Below, one piece after another: positions 9,950 to 19,552 of a stretch of 64,000 nt of DNA. Position 1 is the stretch's first letter; each line of letters starts with the position of its first letter. The notes under the pieces were generated by a model that searched no databases, was not told the DNA's origin, and saw only the letters and a list, made by a program, of their open reading frames with translations. Position numbers and translations under genes: made by a program. The stretch lies in NCBI GenBank assembly GCA_016124735.1, contig WGMZ01000031.1, positions 52,147 to 116,146 of the forward strand, read 5' to 3'. Origin of the DNA: Bacteroidota bacterium (GTDB taxonomy: Bacteria; Bacteroidota; Bacteroidia; UBA8524).

Positions 9950-11269
9950 TTGACCGTGGCCAAATCATACTGGTTAAAATCCGGATTTTTTACCCTTGCC
10001 GAGCGTGGAAGCTCCCTGCTATTGGGTGTCGGTACCTTTATGATGCTGGCCCGGGCTCTGCCCAAGGAAAGCTATGGTACCTGGATGCTGTACCTTTCTG
10101 TTTACTCGTTTATTGAAGTGGCCCGTATCGGATTGCTCAAGAATCCGCTTATCCGGGCCGCTCAGGAAAGCGGAAATTCCTTTGCCAAAACACAATCCAC
10201 TGCGCTGGTTATCAACTTGATTAGCGGACTACTGGTTGCCCTTGTTTTGTATATAAGCCGAGGAGCCATTGCGGCCAGCTGGGGTGCTTCAGGTCTGGTG
10301 GGCCTGTTAGAGGTATATGCTTATGGTTTCATCCTCTTTTCACTGTACTCGCATCTGGATTTCATCCAGGCAGCCAATATGAATTTTCGCGGGCCTTCGC
10401 TGGCCATAATCGGAGAAAAACTGGTGTTTTTCAGTGGGGCTGCTTACCTCTTTTTTTCACAGACCATACTCCCAATGCACTTTCTGGCATACATGCATCT
10501 TGCCTCCATTGCAGTGGGAATTCTGGTTTCATTAAGTCATGGATGGAAATACCTGCGTTTATGGCGAAAACCAGAATCGAAATTGGCGGCCTCCATGCTG
10601 GCTTATGGTAAATATACGCTGGGGACCAATCTTGGAGCCATCCTGTTAAGAAATATTGATACCTGGATGATAGGCTGGCTGATGAATCCCGCTGCCGTGG
10701 CAACCTATAACGTGGCCATGCGGGTTGCCAATTTATTCGAGACTCCTACCCAGGCATTGGCCCAGATACTTTTTCCAAAAGCCATTCAGGAAATCAAAAA
10801 AGAAGGAAGTTCCGCCTTTAAACGTTTGTATGAAAAATCGGTGGCCCTGATTCTCATCCCCACCATTCCATTTACGCTTTTCGTTTTGATTTTTGCCTCT
10901 CCCATAGTCGACCTTCTTGCCGGCAAGGGATATACGGGTTCGGCAGAAGTATTGATGCTGACGATGCTGTTCGGCTTACTCATCCCTTTCAATAAGCAAC
11001 TGGGAATCTTAATGGATGCAGATGGAAAGGCGCGAACCAATATGCTGTTTGTGTTACGCAATGCCATTATCAATACCCTAATCAATTTTACCCTGATCCA
11101 TGAATATGGTGTAATGGGCGCGGCGATGGCCACCCTCCTTACCTTTGTGCTAAGTCTCTTTATTGAACAACGCTATGCGAAAAGACACTACGGAGTTCAG
11201 TTTATTGGGATATTCAGAGAGATGAAGAATTGGGGGATGAGAATTATGAATAAACGGGTCGGGGAGTAA
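9950..11269 (+). CDS. MOP-superfamily polysaccharide/oligosaccharide flippase (Wzx-like)
   Basis: The 439-aa protein is polytopic (about 12 TM) and matches the general pattern of polysaccharide-biosynthesis (Wzx/MurJ-type) proteins. It sits immediately upstream of the exosortase gene. Confidence 0.6.
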   Translation: MTVAKSYWLKSGFFTLAERGSSLLLGVGTFMMLARALPKESYGTWMLYLSVYSFIEVARIGLLKNPLIRAAQESGNSFAKTQSTALVINLISGLLVALVLYISRGAIAASWGASGLVGLLEVYAYGFILFSLYSHLDFIQAANMNFRGPSLAIIGEKLVFFSGAAYLFFSQTILPMHFLAYMHLASIAVGILVSLSHGWKYLRLWRKPESKLAASMLAYGKYTLGTNLGAILLRNIDTWMIGWLMNPAAVATYNVAMRVANLFETPTQALAQILFPKAIQEIKKEGSSAFKRLYEKSVALILIPTIPFTLFVLIFASPIVDLLAGKGYTGSAEVLMLTMLFGLLIPFNKQLGILMDADGKARTNMLFVLRNAIINTLINFTLIHEYGVMGAAMATLLTFVLSLFIEQRYAKRHYGVQFIGIFREMKNWGMRIMNKRVGE

Positions 11270-11325
11270 GCATGAAACTACTCCTTTAACACTATTACGT
11301 TCCCAACTTTTATTACCTTTCAGCT

Positions 11326-11913
11326 ATGCCAGACAACTCGTTAAAAACACTAATTCAAGAAAATAAAGGGGTCTTATTTTTTCTCCTGCGCTTTCTTGGA
11401 GCATTTAGCGCGTTAAGTCTAATGTATGCCATCTGGGTGGAGAGTTTTGGAGATCAGGCTGACTCATTTTCCTGGTTTGTTGGGAAAAACCTCAATTTCC
11501 TATTTGCTGGAAAATTGAAGCTAGATCAATTGGAAGGTCATGCAGCTATTGCCGTTGATTACAATGGGAGCACTGCGGTGAGTTTGTTTGAAGGATGCAA
11601 TGGAATGGCTGTAATGATTCTCTTTTTTGCTTTTGTATTCGCGTTCAAAGGCAGGTGGGGTGACTTAGTCTGGTTTGTTCCGTTCGGGTTGATTGTCATT
11701 CATCTTTTCAATCTTGCCCGCCTGGCTTTATTGATTCAAATGGCAGCGAATAATAGTCCACTTTTCCACTTCATGCATAAATACCTGTTCTCTCTTATCA
11801 TCTATGCTGCTGTATTTGGACTGTGGATCATCTGGGTAAAGAGAGCGAGTCGCTTTGTGAAACAGCTCAAAACAAAGAAACAAACTATTCCAACAGAAGG
11901 GTCAGACGAATAA
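11326..11913 (+). CDS. xrtF: Exosortase family protein, XrtF-type
   Basis: The protein is about 195 aa and multi-TM. The segment EGCNGMAVMILFFAFVFAF ... IVIHLFNLARLALL fits the short Bacteroidetes XrtF exosortases, which carry a conserved Cys-Asn core. Assignment is by recognition, not by search. Confidence 0.55.
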   Translation: MPDNSLKTLIQENKGVLFFLLRFLGAFSALSLMYAIWVESFGDQADSFSWFVGKNLNFLFAGKLKLDQLEGHAAIAVDYNGSTAVSLFEGCNGMAVMILFFAFVFAFKGRWGDLVWFVPFGLIVIHLFNLARLALLIQMAANNSPLFHFMHKYLFSLIIYAAVFGLWIIWVKRASRFVKQLKTKKQTIPTEGSDE

Positions 11914-12538
11914 TTAGATTGTTGAGATTCTCAGTTTTTAAAGGCTGAAGCTGATACATGGCGGCAATTTTGTACCCTTTGATGCAGCCTTTCCTAATAT
12001 CGCGTAAAAAGTAGAGCTCTTCCCTGAATTGATTTAAACCACTTTCCCCATTGCTTAGGTTAAACTGATAATGGTACTCTGTATTCAATCCAATATGACT
12101 TTCCCCGATTTTTCTATCCAAAACAAAATGAGCTCTTGTCCGCAGAGAGGTATGTGTTTCATAAAAGCGTTCGTCGAGTCGACCGTGCAGATGAATGGTA
12201 TACCTATCATTCAACGAATGCTTCCAATCCAAATCCTGCTGCAACCTATATTCCCATGAAAGGGATTTGGCTGTATTCAGCGCATTCCAAACCGTTTGAA
12301 ACCGGGAAAAACTCAATCCCGTTTGAATAGATTTACTCGCTTTGTAGTTCAATCCTGCTCGGAACATATACTGGCTCGTATGAAAATTACTCATATAAGG
12401 GCGAAAATCGGACTCTGCATAGATGGATTTATTCTCCGTTATAGAGCGGCTACCATAAAGGCGAAACCAAACCTGGTGCTGCTGGGAATAGGTCCATCCA
12501 GAAAATAAAAGGGAAAGGAAAAGAAAAACGAACTTCAT
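11885..12538 (-). CDS. Predicted outer-membrane beta-barrel protein (DUF2490-like)
   Basis: The N-terminus is a signal peptide (MKFVFLFLSLLFSGWTYSQ). The sequence shows alternating amphipathic beta-strand character with aromatic-rich segments. It overlaps the xrtF 3' end by 29 bp in convergent orientation. Confidence 0.4.
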   Translation of the reverse strand: MKFVFLFLSLLFSGWTYSQQHQVWFRLYGSRSITENKSIYAESDFRPYMSNFHTSQYMFRAGLNYKASKSIQTGLSFSRFQTVWNALNTAKSLSWEYRLQQDLDWKHSLNDRYTIHLHGRLDERFYETHTSLRTRAHFVLDRKIGESHIGLNTEYHYQFNLSNGESGLNQFREELYFLRDIRKGCIKGYKIAAMYQLQPLKTENLNNLIIRLTLLLE

Positions 12539-13079
12539 GGATTGTCCCGATGTTTGCCAAGGTGTAGGATTCGCTGAAAGCGCGTCAAATTTTCTTTATT
12601 TTTCCCAAAGATTAGGTATGCCGAGTCATCTTTTTCAATTTAGTATCCGTCAACTATTCTGGATTGCTTTGGCATTTGCAGGATGGGGATTTGTCTATGT
12701 TTTTCAGGAATTCGACTTCACCCGGTTTGAGTTTAGAATCGGCCAGTATGCGGAGGGTCATATTCCGGACGGAGAATCCTGGCGCTTCGCCGTGAACAAG
12801 AGCCTTCGTTTCTTTTTCAATGATTTGTTTTCCCTTTTGTTCATTTACGGATTATTCCAAAACAGGAATTATATCCGAATCGGTTTGGTGGTGATGGCCT
12901 TCGGGTTATTTCTTCTCTTACCCGTTTATCTGACTCTGGCCATTCTATACAAGGATTCTATCTTCCATCTATTGACCTTTTTGCACCGCATCACCATGAA
13001 TCCCTGGATGATGCTTTTATTGGTTCCTGCTTTTTATTTTATTCAGATGAAGAAGGATCAGGATGATTCCAGGGAGTAA
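12537..13079 (+). CDS. Exosortase F system-associated membrane protein (putative); the true start is possibly the internal Met near 12618
   Basis: This small polytopic membrane protein lies beside xrtF and fits the known pairing of XrtF with the 'exosortase F system-associated protein'. The N-terminus is uncertain. Confidence 0.4.
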   Translation: MDCPDVCQGVGFAESASNFLYFSQRLGMPSHLFQFSIRQLFWIALAFAGWGFVYVFQEFDFTRFEFRIGQYAEGHIPDGESWRFAVNKSLRFFFNDLFSLLFIYGLFQNRNYIRIGLVVMAFGLFLLLPVYLTLAILYKDSIFHLLTFLHRITMNPWMMLLLVPAFYFIQMKKDQDDSRE

Positions 13080-14583
13080 CCCCAAAACCTTCATGATAAA
13101 TCTTGAGGGTGTCGGGCACACATGGAGTAGGTGTATCGCCGCAATATATACAACTTTCAGGACGATAATAACTGTGAGGAGCGTTCACCCAATCCGGATT
13201 AATCACAGGATATGGAGTGGGGCTGATTAACATGGCAAGTGAAACCTTAAAACTATCTCCGCAGTGTAAGAGATGAAGGTTGGACTTTCCTGAAGTATTC
13301 ATCCATACCATTATGGCCAAGGCCATTCCAAAAACAGGGAGTTGGAAATTTTTCAGGATGCGTTGGGAAAAATCCTGCTGAAACATAAGCATGATTCCCG
13401 CAATTGCCAAACCCAGTCCGAAGCGATAATTCGGCGCCAGAACCACCCATAGTAGCAAAAATATTAAAGACCATACCGACCAGAACGGAACCCTACCTAC
13501 CTTCTCCTTTCTGAGGGTAAAAAGAAGATAGATCCCGGAACCCAGGATTAAAGCATTCATGATGACCTTGTAAGTCTTTAGATGAAACAAAGCCAAAAGG
13601 CGCTCTGTCCAGGAGAAGTCAGCGTTTAGCCAATCTTGGGCCGAATATCCTACGCCATAAATTTCCGCCAGTACTCCCCTACTAAATGCCAGTAGCATTT
13701 CATTTGGAAGGGTGTATGCTGCAGGCCACCAGCTGCTAGGCAATGGGAACAATACGTGTCCACTCAGTACCTGATTTTTCATCATCCATACGATTCCCAT
13801 CAGGACTGGCAACAGCGACCATCGAATAAATGATGATCTGTATTTTAACAAGGGATAGCAGCCGGCAAGGACCAATGAAAAGGCGGTGGCTTTCAGGCCA
13901 ATGATCAGAACCAGGAGCCATGACCAATCCTTCATCCTTAATTCTTTATGGTTTAGCAAGATGAAGCCTGTGAGTAAAATGATTGGTAAGTCGGGCGAAG
14001 GAGCGTTGAGAAATGGAGCACTCAATACCATTGCAAATGAAATTCCTGAAAGGGAGATTCCCTTTCGAAGCCCATCCACGCAAAAGATGAAAAGCAAAAG
14101 CCCATTAAAATTCCATATCCGGTCTGGAGTAATGGAATCCCAATAAAAGAATGAGGACAAGAGATGCCAGGATGAACCCAGTCCTAAACGAATATTCCAT
14201 TGGGCCAATCCTTCTTCAAATCCAAAGTCAGAAAACCATTTAATGCTCTGCAGGTAATAGGACAAATCATCATTAATCCATACCGGCAAGGATGAAATAA
14301 AGAGACAAGCCAAAAGTATCACGGTTTCCTTCCATTGCGCTGTTTTCAAGGAAAAAGCGCCATGCCTTCGATCCCGTATTTCGAGAAGGACAGCGCCAAG
14401 AAGAAAAAGGAGAAAAAAACGTGCGGGAAGGAAAAAGGACCAAAGATGTCCCAGCAACAGCCAGGCAGAGAGTCCGGAAACAAAATTGAGAAACAGCTGA
14501 TCTTCCCGATAGGTTCCTATTAACCGACTTAGCCTTAGGCTTGCCAGAAATAATAGCGTCCATGCAAGGAGGAGAAGCAGCAT
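13039..14583 (-). CDS. Large polytopic membrane protein of unknown function with a Cys/Pro-rich C-terminal tail. It is the last gene of the minus-strand polysaccharide operon.
   Basis: The 514-aa protein has more than 10 predicted TM helices. The C-terminus reads YYRPESCIYCGDTPTPCVPDTLKIYHEGFGVTPWNHPD. No family was recognised. It is co-directional and nearly contiguous with the upstream genes. Confidence 0.5.
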   Translation of the reverse strand: MLLLLLAWTLLFLASLRLSRLIGTYREDQLFLNFVSGLSAWLLLGHLWSFFLPARFFLLFLLGAVLLEIRDRRHGAFSLKTAQWKETVILLACLFISSLPVWINDDLSYYLQSIKWFSDFGFEEGLAQWNIRLGLGSSWHLLSSFFYWDSITPDRIWNFNGLLLFIFCVDGLRKGISLSGISFAMVLSAPFLNAPSPDLPIILLTGFILLNHKELRMKDWSWLLVLIIGLKATAFSLVLAGCYPLLKYRSSFIRWSLLPVLMGIVWMMKNQVLSGHVLFPLPSSWWPAAYTLPNEMLLAFSRGVLAEIYGVGYSAQDWLNADFSWTERLLALFHLKTYKVIMNALILGSGIYLLFTLRKEKVGRVPFWSVWSLIFLLLWVVLAPNYRFGLGLAIAGIMLMFQQDFSQRILKNFQLPVFGMALAIMVWMNTSGKSNLHLLHCGDSFKVSLAMLISPTPYPVINPDWVNAPHSYYRPESCIYCGDTPTPCVPDTLKIYHEGFGVTPWNHPDPSSSE

Positions 14584-14606
14584 GGGTGGAAGATACGAAG
14601 GAAAGT

Positions 14607-15614
14607 TTATTCCGCGGCGGCGTAGATTTTTTCGATGATTTCTACGACTTTCATGCCGTCTTCGCCGCGTGTTGCGATTGGAGCATTGTGTTTGAGAACG
14701 TCGATAACGTTTTGGATAACGAAGGCATGGTTCCCGGCACTTCCTTTGTAGCCGCCATAATCATTGGGTGGCAGGGATTCTTTTATTTCTGGAACATTAT
14801 AATCTTTAATATGAGCAAATTCTATTCTGTCCATATATTGGCCCCCAATTTTAAAGGCACCATTTTCTGCAAGGACTGTCATGCTGCTCTCCATATTCTC
14901 TTCGAAAACTGAAGTTGAAAACTGAATGCTACCAACTCCCCCATTCCGAAATTCGAAATGTACCATTCCACTGTCGGCAAATTCGGTAGAGTCGGTATGA
15001 TTGTGATTGAACAATCTGGTTTGAATATTTTGAATATCCCCAAACACCCAATACATCACATCGATAAAGTGGGAGAATTGGGTAAAAAGCACTCCACCAT
15101 CCAGTTCTTTTGTTCCCCGCCAATTGATTTCTGATTTCGGGCCGACTTGGTAGTAGCGCTTATCGCGGTTCCAGAAACAGCGAATATGTACTTCAAAGAT
15201 TTTTCCCAGTTGCCCGGACTCAAGCACCTCTTTCATCCAGATGGATGGAGGACTGTACCTGTTTTGCTTGACTACAAATACCTGACGGTTCAAGTCTTTT
15301 GCCAATTCTATCAACTCCCCACAGGAGGAGGATGATAGTCCCATGGGTTTTTCAATCAGCACATGCATTCCTGCCCGGACAGCTTTTTTGGCCATTGGGA
15401 GGTGCAATCCGTTGGGAAGTGCGATCACTGCAACATCTGCCTGTCCTCCTGAGGTCAGGAATTCCTCCAAGCTGGTAAAAAAAGGTTTCTTGTTTATCCA
15501 CTTCCCTTTATCGACATCGATGGTTCCTTCCAGCCTTGCTTCCGGATGCACTTCAATCAACGTTGCGTGTCGTTTTCCGATATGGCCATAACCGAGAAGT
15601 AGGAAGCGAATCAT
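14607..15614 (-). CDS. Gfo/Idh/MocA-family NAD(P)-dependent oxidoreductase (WbpB-like nucleotide-sugar dehydrogenase candidate)
   Basis: The N-terminal Rossmann motif is MIRFLLLGYGHIGKRH. The 335-aa length and fold pattern fit Gfo/Idh/MocA, and the gene sits in a sugar-modification context. Confidence 0.75.
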   Translation of the reverse strand: MIRFLLLGYGHIGKRHATLIEVHPEARLEGTIDVDKGKWINKKPFFTSLEEFLTSGGQADVAVIALPNGLHLPMAKKAVRAGMHVLIEKPMGLSSSSCGELIELAKDLNRQVFVVKQNRYSPPSIWMKEVLESGQLGKIFEVHIRCFWNRDKRYYQVGPKSEINWRGTKELDGGVLFTQFSHFIDVMYWVFGDIQNIQTRLFNHNHTDSTEFADSGMVHFEFRNGGVGSIQFSTSVFEENMESSMTVLAENGAFKIGGQYMDRIEFAHIKDYNVPEIKESLPPNDYGGYKGSAGNHAFVIQNVIDVLKHNAPIATRGEDGMKVVEIIEKIYAAAE

Positions 15615-15708
15615 TGGGCGAATTTATAAATCTCGGAGAACTAAACTCCATATAAAAGAAAACCCGTTGAATTGCTCCAACGGGTCTATAATAAAATACC
15701 ACTAATTA

Positions 15709-17055
15709 TCAGGCCGAAGCCGTTTGGTTTTGGGCTTTCTGAACTACCCCAATTCCGTAGTAAATGAACCCTTTATCTTTTAATTCGCTTGAATCATATA
15801 TGTTTCTTCCATCGAAAATGACCTTGTCATTCATAATTTCGGTCATTTGCTCAAAGTTCGGAAAACGGAATTCTGGCCATTCTGTGGCCAAAATTAAAGC
15901 GTCCACACCTTTGAGGGTATCATATTGTTCTGCACAGTATTCGATTTTGTTGCCAATCATATGTTTGGCTTCTTCCATTGCAACTGGGTCAAAGGCCTTT
16001 ACTTTAGCACCTGCACTAAGTAAATGCTCAATAATTACTAAAGATGGGGCTTCGCGCATATCGTCCGTTTTCGGCTTGAAGGAAAGTCCCCAGAATCCGA
16101 AGGTTTTTCCAGTGAGATCAGTACCAAAATGTGAAACCACTTTATTGTACATCACTTCTTTCTGTGCTTCATTCACTTCTTCAACAGCTGTAAGGACACG
16201 CATATTATACCCTTTCTCCGCTGCGGTTCTAATCAAAGCCTTCACATCTTTAGGAAAACAGGAGCCACCATATCCAATTCCCGGATAGATAAATTTTGTT
16301 CCAATCCGCGCGTCGGAGCCAATTCCTTTACGTACTAAATTTACGTCTGCACCAACAATTTCGCATAGATTGGCAATGTCATTCATGAAACTAATCTTTG
16401 TAGCGAGCATCGAATTTGCGGCATATTTTGTCATTTCCGCAGAAGGAATATCCATGAAAATTACCGGGTGCCCGTTCAGGGTAAATGGTTTATATAGTTT
16501 TGCCATTATTTCCTGAGCTTTTTGGGATGAAATCCCCACAACAATGCGATCTGGTTTCAGAAAATCTTCAATTGCCGCGCCTTCTTTCAGGAACTCAGGA
16601 TTTGAAGCAACGTCGTATTCAATATCCACATTGCGTTGTGCCAGAGCTTCTTTGATCGCACTGTTTACTTTTTCAGCCGTTCCTACCGGAACGGTCGATT
16701 TGGTAACCACAACACCATAATTATTCATATTTTCACCAATTTCACGTGCAACTGCCAACACGTACTTCAAATCAGCAGAGCCGTCCTCTCCAGGAGGAGT
16801 TCCCACAGCGATAAAAGCCACATCAGCACCCTTTATTGCATCTCCAAGATTCGTTGAAAACCGGAGACGTTTGGCCTCGTAATTCTTGATTACCATTTCC
16901 TCAAGACCTGGCTCATATATTGGCATGATACCATTTCTAAGTCCTTCTATCTTTTTCTGATCAATATCGACGCAGACTACATCTATTCCAACTTCAGCAA
17001 AACAAGTTCCTGTCACAAGTCCTACATAACCGGTTCCTACTACTACAATTTTCAT
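15709..17055 (-). CDS. ugd: UDP-glucose 6-dehydrogenase
   Basis: The N-terminus is MKIVVVGTGYVGLVTGTCFAEVG and the catalytic-Cys motif is GGSCFPKDVKAL. At 448 aa it fits the UDP-glucose/GDP-mannose dehydrogenase family. Confidence 0.9.
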   Translation of the reverse strand: MKIVVVGTGYVGLVTGTCFAEVGIDVVCVDIDQKKIEGLRNGIMPIYEPGLEEMVIKNYEAKRLRFSTNLGDAIKGADVAFIAVGTPPGEDGSADLKYVLAVAREIGENMNNYGVVVTKSTVPVGTAEKVNSAIKEALAQRNVDIEYDVASNPEFLKEGAAIEDFLKPDRIVVGISSQKAQEIMAKLYKPFTLNGHPVIFMDIPSAEMTKYAANSMLATKISFMNDIANLCEIVGADVNLVRKGIGSDARIGTKFIYPGIGYGGSCFPKDVKALIRTAAEKGYNMRVLTAVEEVNEAQKEVMYNKVVSHFGTDLTGKTFGFWGLSFKPKTDDMREAPSLVIIEHLLSAGAKVKAFDPVAMEEAKHMIGNKIEYCAEQYDTLKGVDALILATEWPEFRFPNFEQMTEIMNDKVIFDGRNIYDSSELKDKGFIYYGIGVVQKAQNQTASA

Positions 17056-17124
17056 GTTCTTAGGTAATTTCTGTGTTTTAAATAATTTTATTGCTCAGAA
17101 CTCTGAGGCAAAACCGACATCATT

Positions 17125-18273
17125 TCAATTGTTCTGCAATTCCAAAATCTTTTCTACAATTCTGGAAGCAGTTTTACCATCCCAAAGAGGTGGAACTTCT
17201 CCTTTTTTCCAATTTCCTTCGAAGAGTCTTTTCATGGCCGGTGCAATAGCCTTAGGATCTGTACCAAGCAATTCATTTGTTCCCATTTCAATAGTTTCAG
17301 GACGTTCTGTATTGTCGCGCAGGGTCATGCAGGGAATACCCATTACGGTGGTTTCTTCTGTGATTCCTCCTGAATCGGTGATTACAGCCTTACTATTTTC
17401 TACCAGGTAATTAAACTCCAGATAACCCAGTGGTTCTACCATTATCAATCTGTCATGGTGGATGTCTAAACCTTCCAGTATCTGACGCGTCCGGGGATGC
17501 ACCGGAAAAATCAATTTTAAGGATTCTGAATTATCAATGATTGCCTGAATCAAGTCCTTCAGCTTTGATTCTTCATCGACGTTAGCCGGACGATGCAAGG
17601 TCATGACAATATAGTTCCCTTTTTCCAGATTTTGTTCCTTCCAGCATTGCGGTTGGGTAAACCTGGGTCTCTGCTTTAATAGCGTATCGATCATGGTATT
17701 CCCTACCAGATGAATTTGATCTTCTCTGGCGCCAAGTTTCCTCAGATTATTATTTGCCAACTCTGTGGTGGTATAGAAGTGGTCTGTGATGCTGTCTGTA
17801 AGCATGCGGTTAATTTCTTCCGGCATGGTCAAATCATGCGATCTGATTCCCGCCTCCACGTGTGCAACTTCTATGTTTAGCTTTTTCGCTGCAATGGAAC
17901 AGGCCATGGTAGAAGTCACATCTCCAACCACTAAAGTGAGATTACAGGGCTTTTCCAACAATAATGCTTCATAGGCTACCATAATTTTTGCCGTTTGCTC
18001 AGCCTGGGTCCCCCCGCCAGCACCCAGGTTGACATCCGGCTCTGGAATTCCCAACTGCTCAAAAAATTGTTCTGACATATTCCGATCGTAATGCTGTCCG
18101 GTATGAACCAATCGGTATTCGAGTTTATTTCCCGTTTCCTGTGCGTCTTTGATTGCATCAATAATTGGAGCAATCTTCATGAAATTAGGGCGTGCGCCGG
18201 CGATAAGGTCTATAAGGTAATTCATACTTTGGTTTGAAAATAAAAAAGTAGAGATATACGAGAAATCAAACAA
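17125..18273 (-). CDS. wecB: UDP-N-acetylglucosamine 2-epimerase (non-hydrolysing)
   Basis: The segment IAGARPNFMKIAPI ... VHTGQHYDRNMS ... is characteristic of WecB/MnaA and the length is 382 aa. Confidence 0.9.
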   Translation of the reverse strand: MFDFSYISTFLFSNQSMNYLIDLIAGARPNFMKIAPIIDAIKDAQETGNKLEYRLVHTGQHYDRNMSEQFFEQLGIPEPDVNLGAGGGTQAEQTAKIMVAYEALLLEKPCNLTLVVGDVTSTMACSIAAKKLNIEVAHVEAGIRSHDLTMPEEINRMLTDSITDHFYTTTELANNNLRKLGAREDQIHLVGNTMIDTLLKQRPRFTQPQCWKEQNLEKGNYIVMTLHRPANVDEESKLKDLIQAIIDNSESLKLIFPVHPRTRQILEGLDIHHDRLIMVEPLGYLEFNYLVENSKAVITDSGGITEETTVMGIPCMTLRDNTERPETIEMGTNELLGTDPKAIAPAMKRLFEGNWKKGEVPPLWDGKTASRIVEKILELQNN

Positions 18274-19531
18274 TCATCCCTGCAGCCACCGTTTCATTTG
18301 TGGCTTCATCTACTAAAATTAAACTGCCGGTATTTCGGTTTTTTCGATAAGCATCTTTTAATACTGCCTTTGTGGTGCGAAGTTTTGCCCGGAAGATGTC
18401 GTTCATTCCGATATTTTTATCTGACTCGTCCTTGCTCAGGGAATTAATATTCAACTTATATATCACCTCCTTCACCATGGTTCGCATTTCATTACTTGTA
18501 TGGCGAAGGATATATTTTGAGGATGGATTCAAACCTCGGTTATTCAACCAGCACATCATCAATTCCAGGTCTTGGGTCGAATCTGGCTGATTATTAGGTT
18601 TTGCGAGCATATCTCCTCTGCTTACATCGATATCATCGTCGAGAGTCATAGTAACAGACATTGGAGGAAAAGCCTCGGACACTTTCTCTTCTCCAACCAT
18701 GATTTCTTTGATTTTCGATTTAAACCCACTCGGCAGAACAATGATCTCTTCGCCTGGGCGAAAAACCCCTCCGTCGATGCGACCGGCATAACCCCGGAAA
18801 TCGTGATATTCCTGCCTATGGGGACGAATTACCGTCTGAATCGGGAACCTAGCATCCAGGTGATTATAATCACTTCCAATATGAATATTTTCCAGCGTGT
18901 GCAGTAAGGTTGATCCTTCGTACCAGCTGGTTTTTGTGGAACGATTCACCACATTATCCCCTTCCAGGGCTGAAATAGGAATAAACCGAATATCCTGCAC
19001 ATCCAATTTGGAGGCAAAGGCTTCGTATGTTTTTACAATCTCGTTAAAACGTTCCTGGTCGTAATCAACAAGGTCCATCTTATTTACACACACAATAATG
19101 TGTGGTATTTGTAAAAGGGAGGCAATATAACTGTGGCGATAAGTTTGTTCAATCACCCCTTTTCTCGCGTCAATTAAAATCAATGCAAGGTTTGCTGTAG
19201 AGGCTCCAGTCACCATATTCCGGGTATACTGAATATGCCCGGGAGTGTCTGCAATAATGAATTTTCTGCGCGGTGTGGCAAAGTAACGGTAGGCCACATC
19301 GATGGTGATGCCCTGTTCTCTTTCGTCCTTGAGTCCATCGGTAAGTAAGGACAAATCAATATGTGCTAATCCTTTTTTCTGGCTGCTACCTTTCACTGCT
19401 TCCAGTTGATCCTCAAAGATGGATTTTGAATCGTACAATAAGCGACCGATTAAGGTACTTTTTCCATCATCTACGCTTCCAGCAGTGGTGAAGCGAAGCA
19501 GCTCCATATCCAAATAACCCGACTGTGTCAT
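18266..19531 (-). CDS. cysN: Sulfate adenylyltransferase subunit 1 (GTPase)
   Basis: The G1 motif GSVDDGKSTLIGRLL is followed by DTPGH, NKMD and an EF-Tu-like domain architecture. It is adjacent to cysD. Confidence 0.9.
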   Translation of the reverse strand: MTQSGYLDMELLRFTTAGSVDDGKSTLIGRLLYDSKSIFEDQLEAVKGSSQKKGLAHIDLSLLTDGLKDEREQGITIDVAYRYFATPRRKFIIADTPGHIQYTRNMVTGASTANLALILIDARKGVIEQTYRHSYIASLLQIPHIIVCVNKMDLVDYDQERFNEIVKTYEAFASKLDVQDIRFIPISALEGDNVVNRSTKTSWYEGSTLLHTLENIHIGSDYNHLDARFPIQTVIRPHRQEYHDFRGYAGRIDGGVFRPGEEIIVLPSGFKSKIKEIMVGEEKVSEAFPPMSVTMTLDDDIDVSRGDMLAKPNNQPDSTQDLELMMCWLNNRGLNPSSKYILRHTSNEMRTMVKEVIYKLNINSLSKDESDKNIGMNDIFRAKLRTTKAVLKDAYRKNRNTGSLILVDEATNETVAAGMIV

Positions 19532-19552
19532 GTTTTGTAATCCAAATAATTG

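Noticed and set aside
15764-16288. A 174-aa plus-strand ORF
   Set aside because: It is fully inside ugd on the opposite strand, and ugd has strong family motifs.
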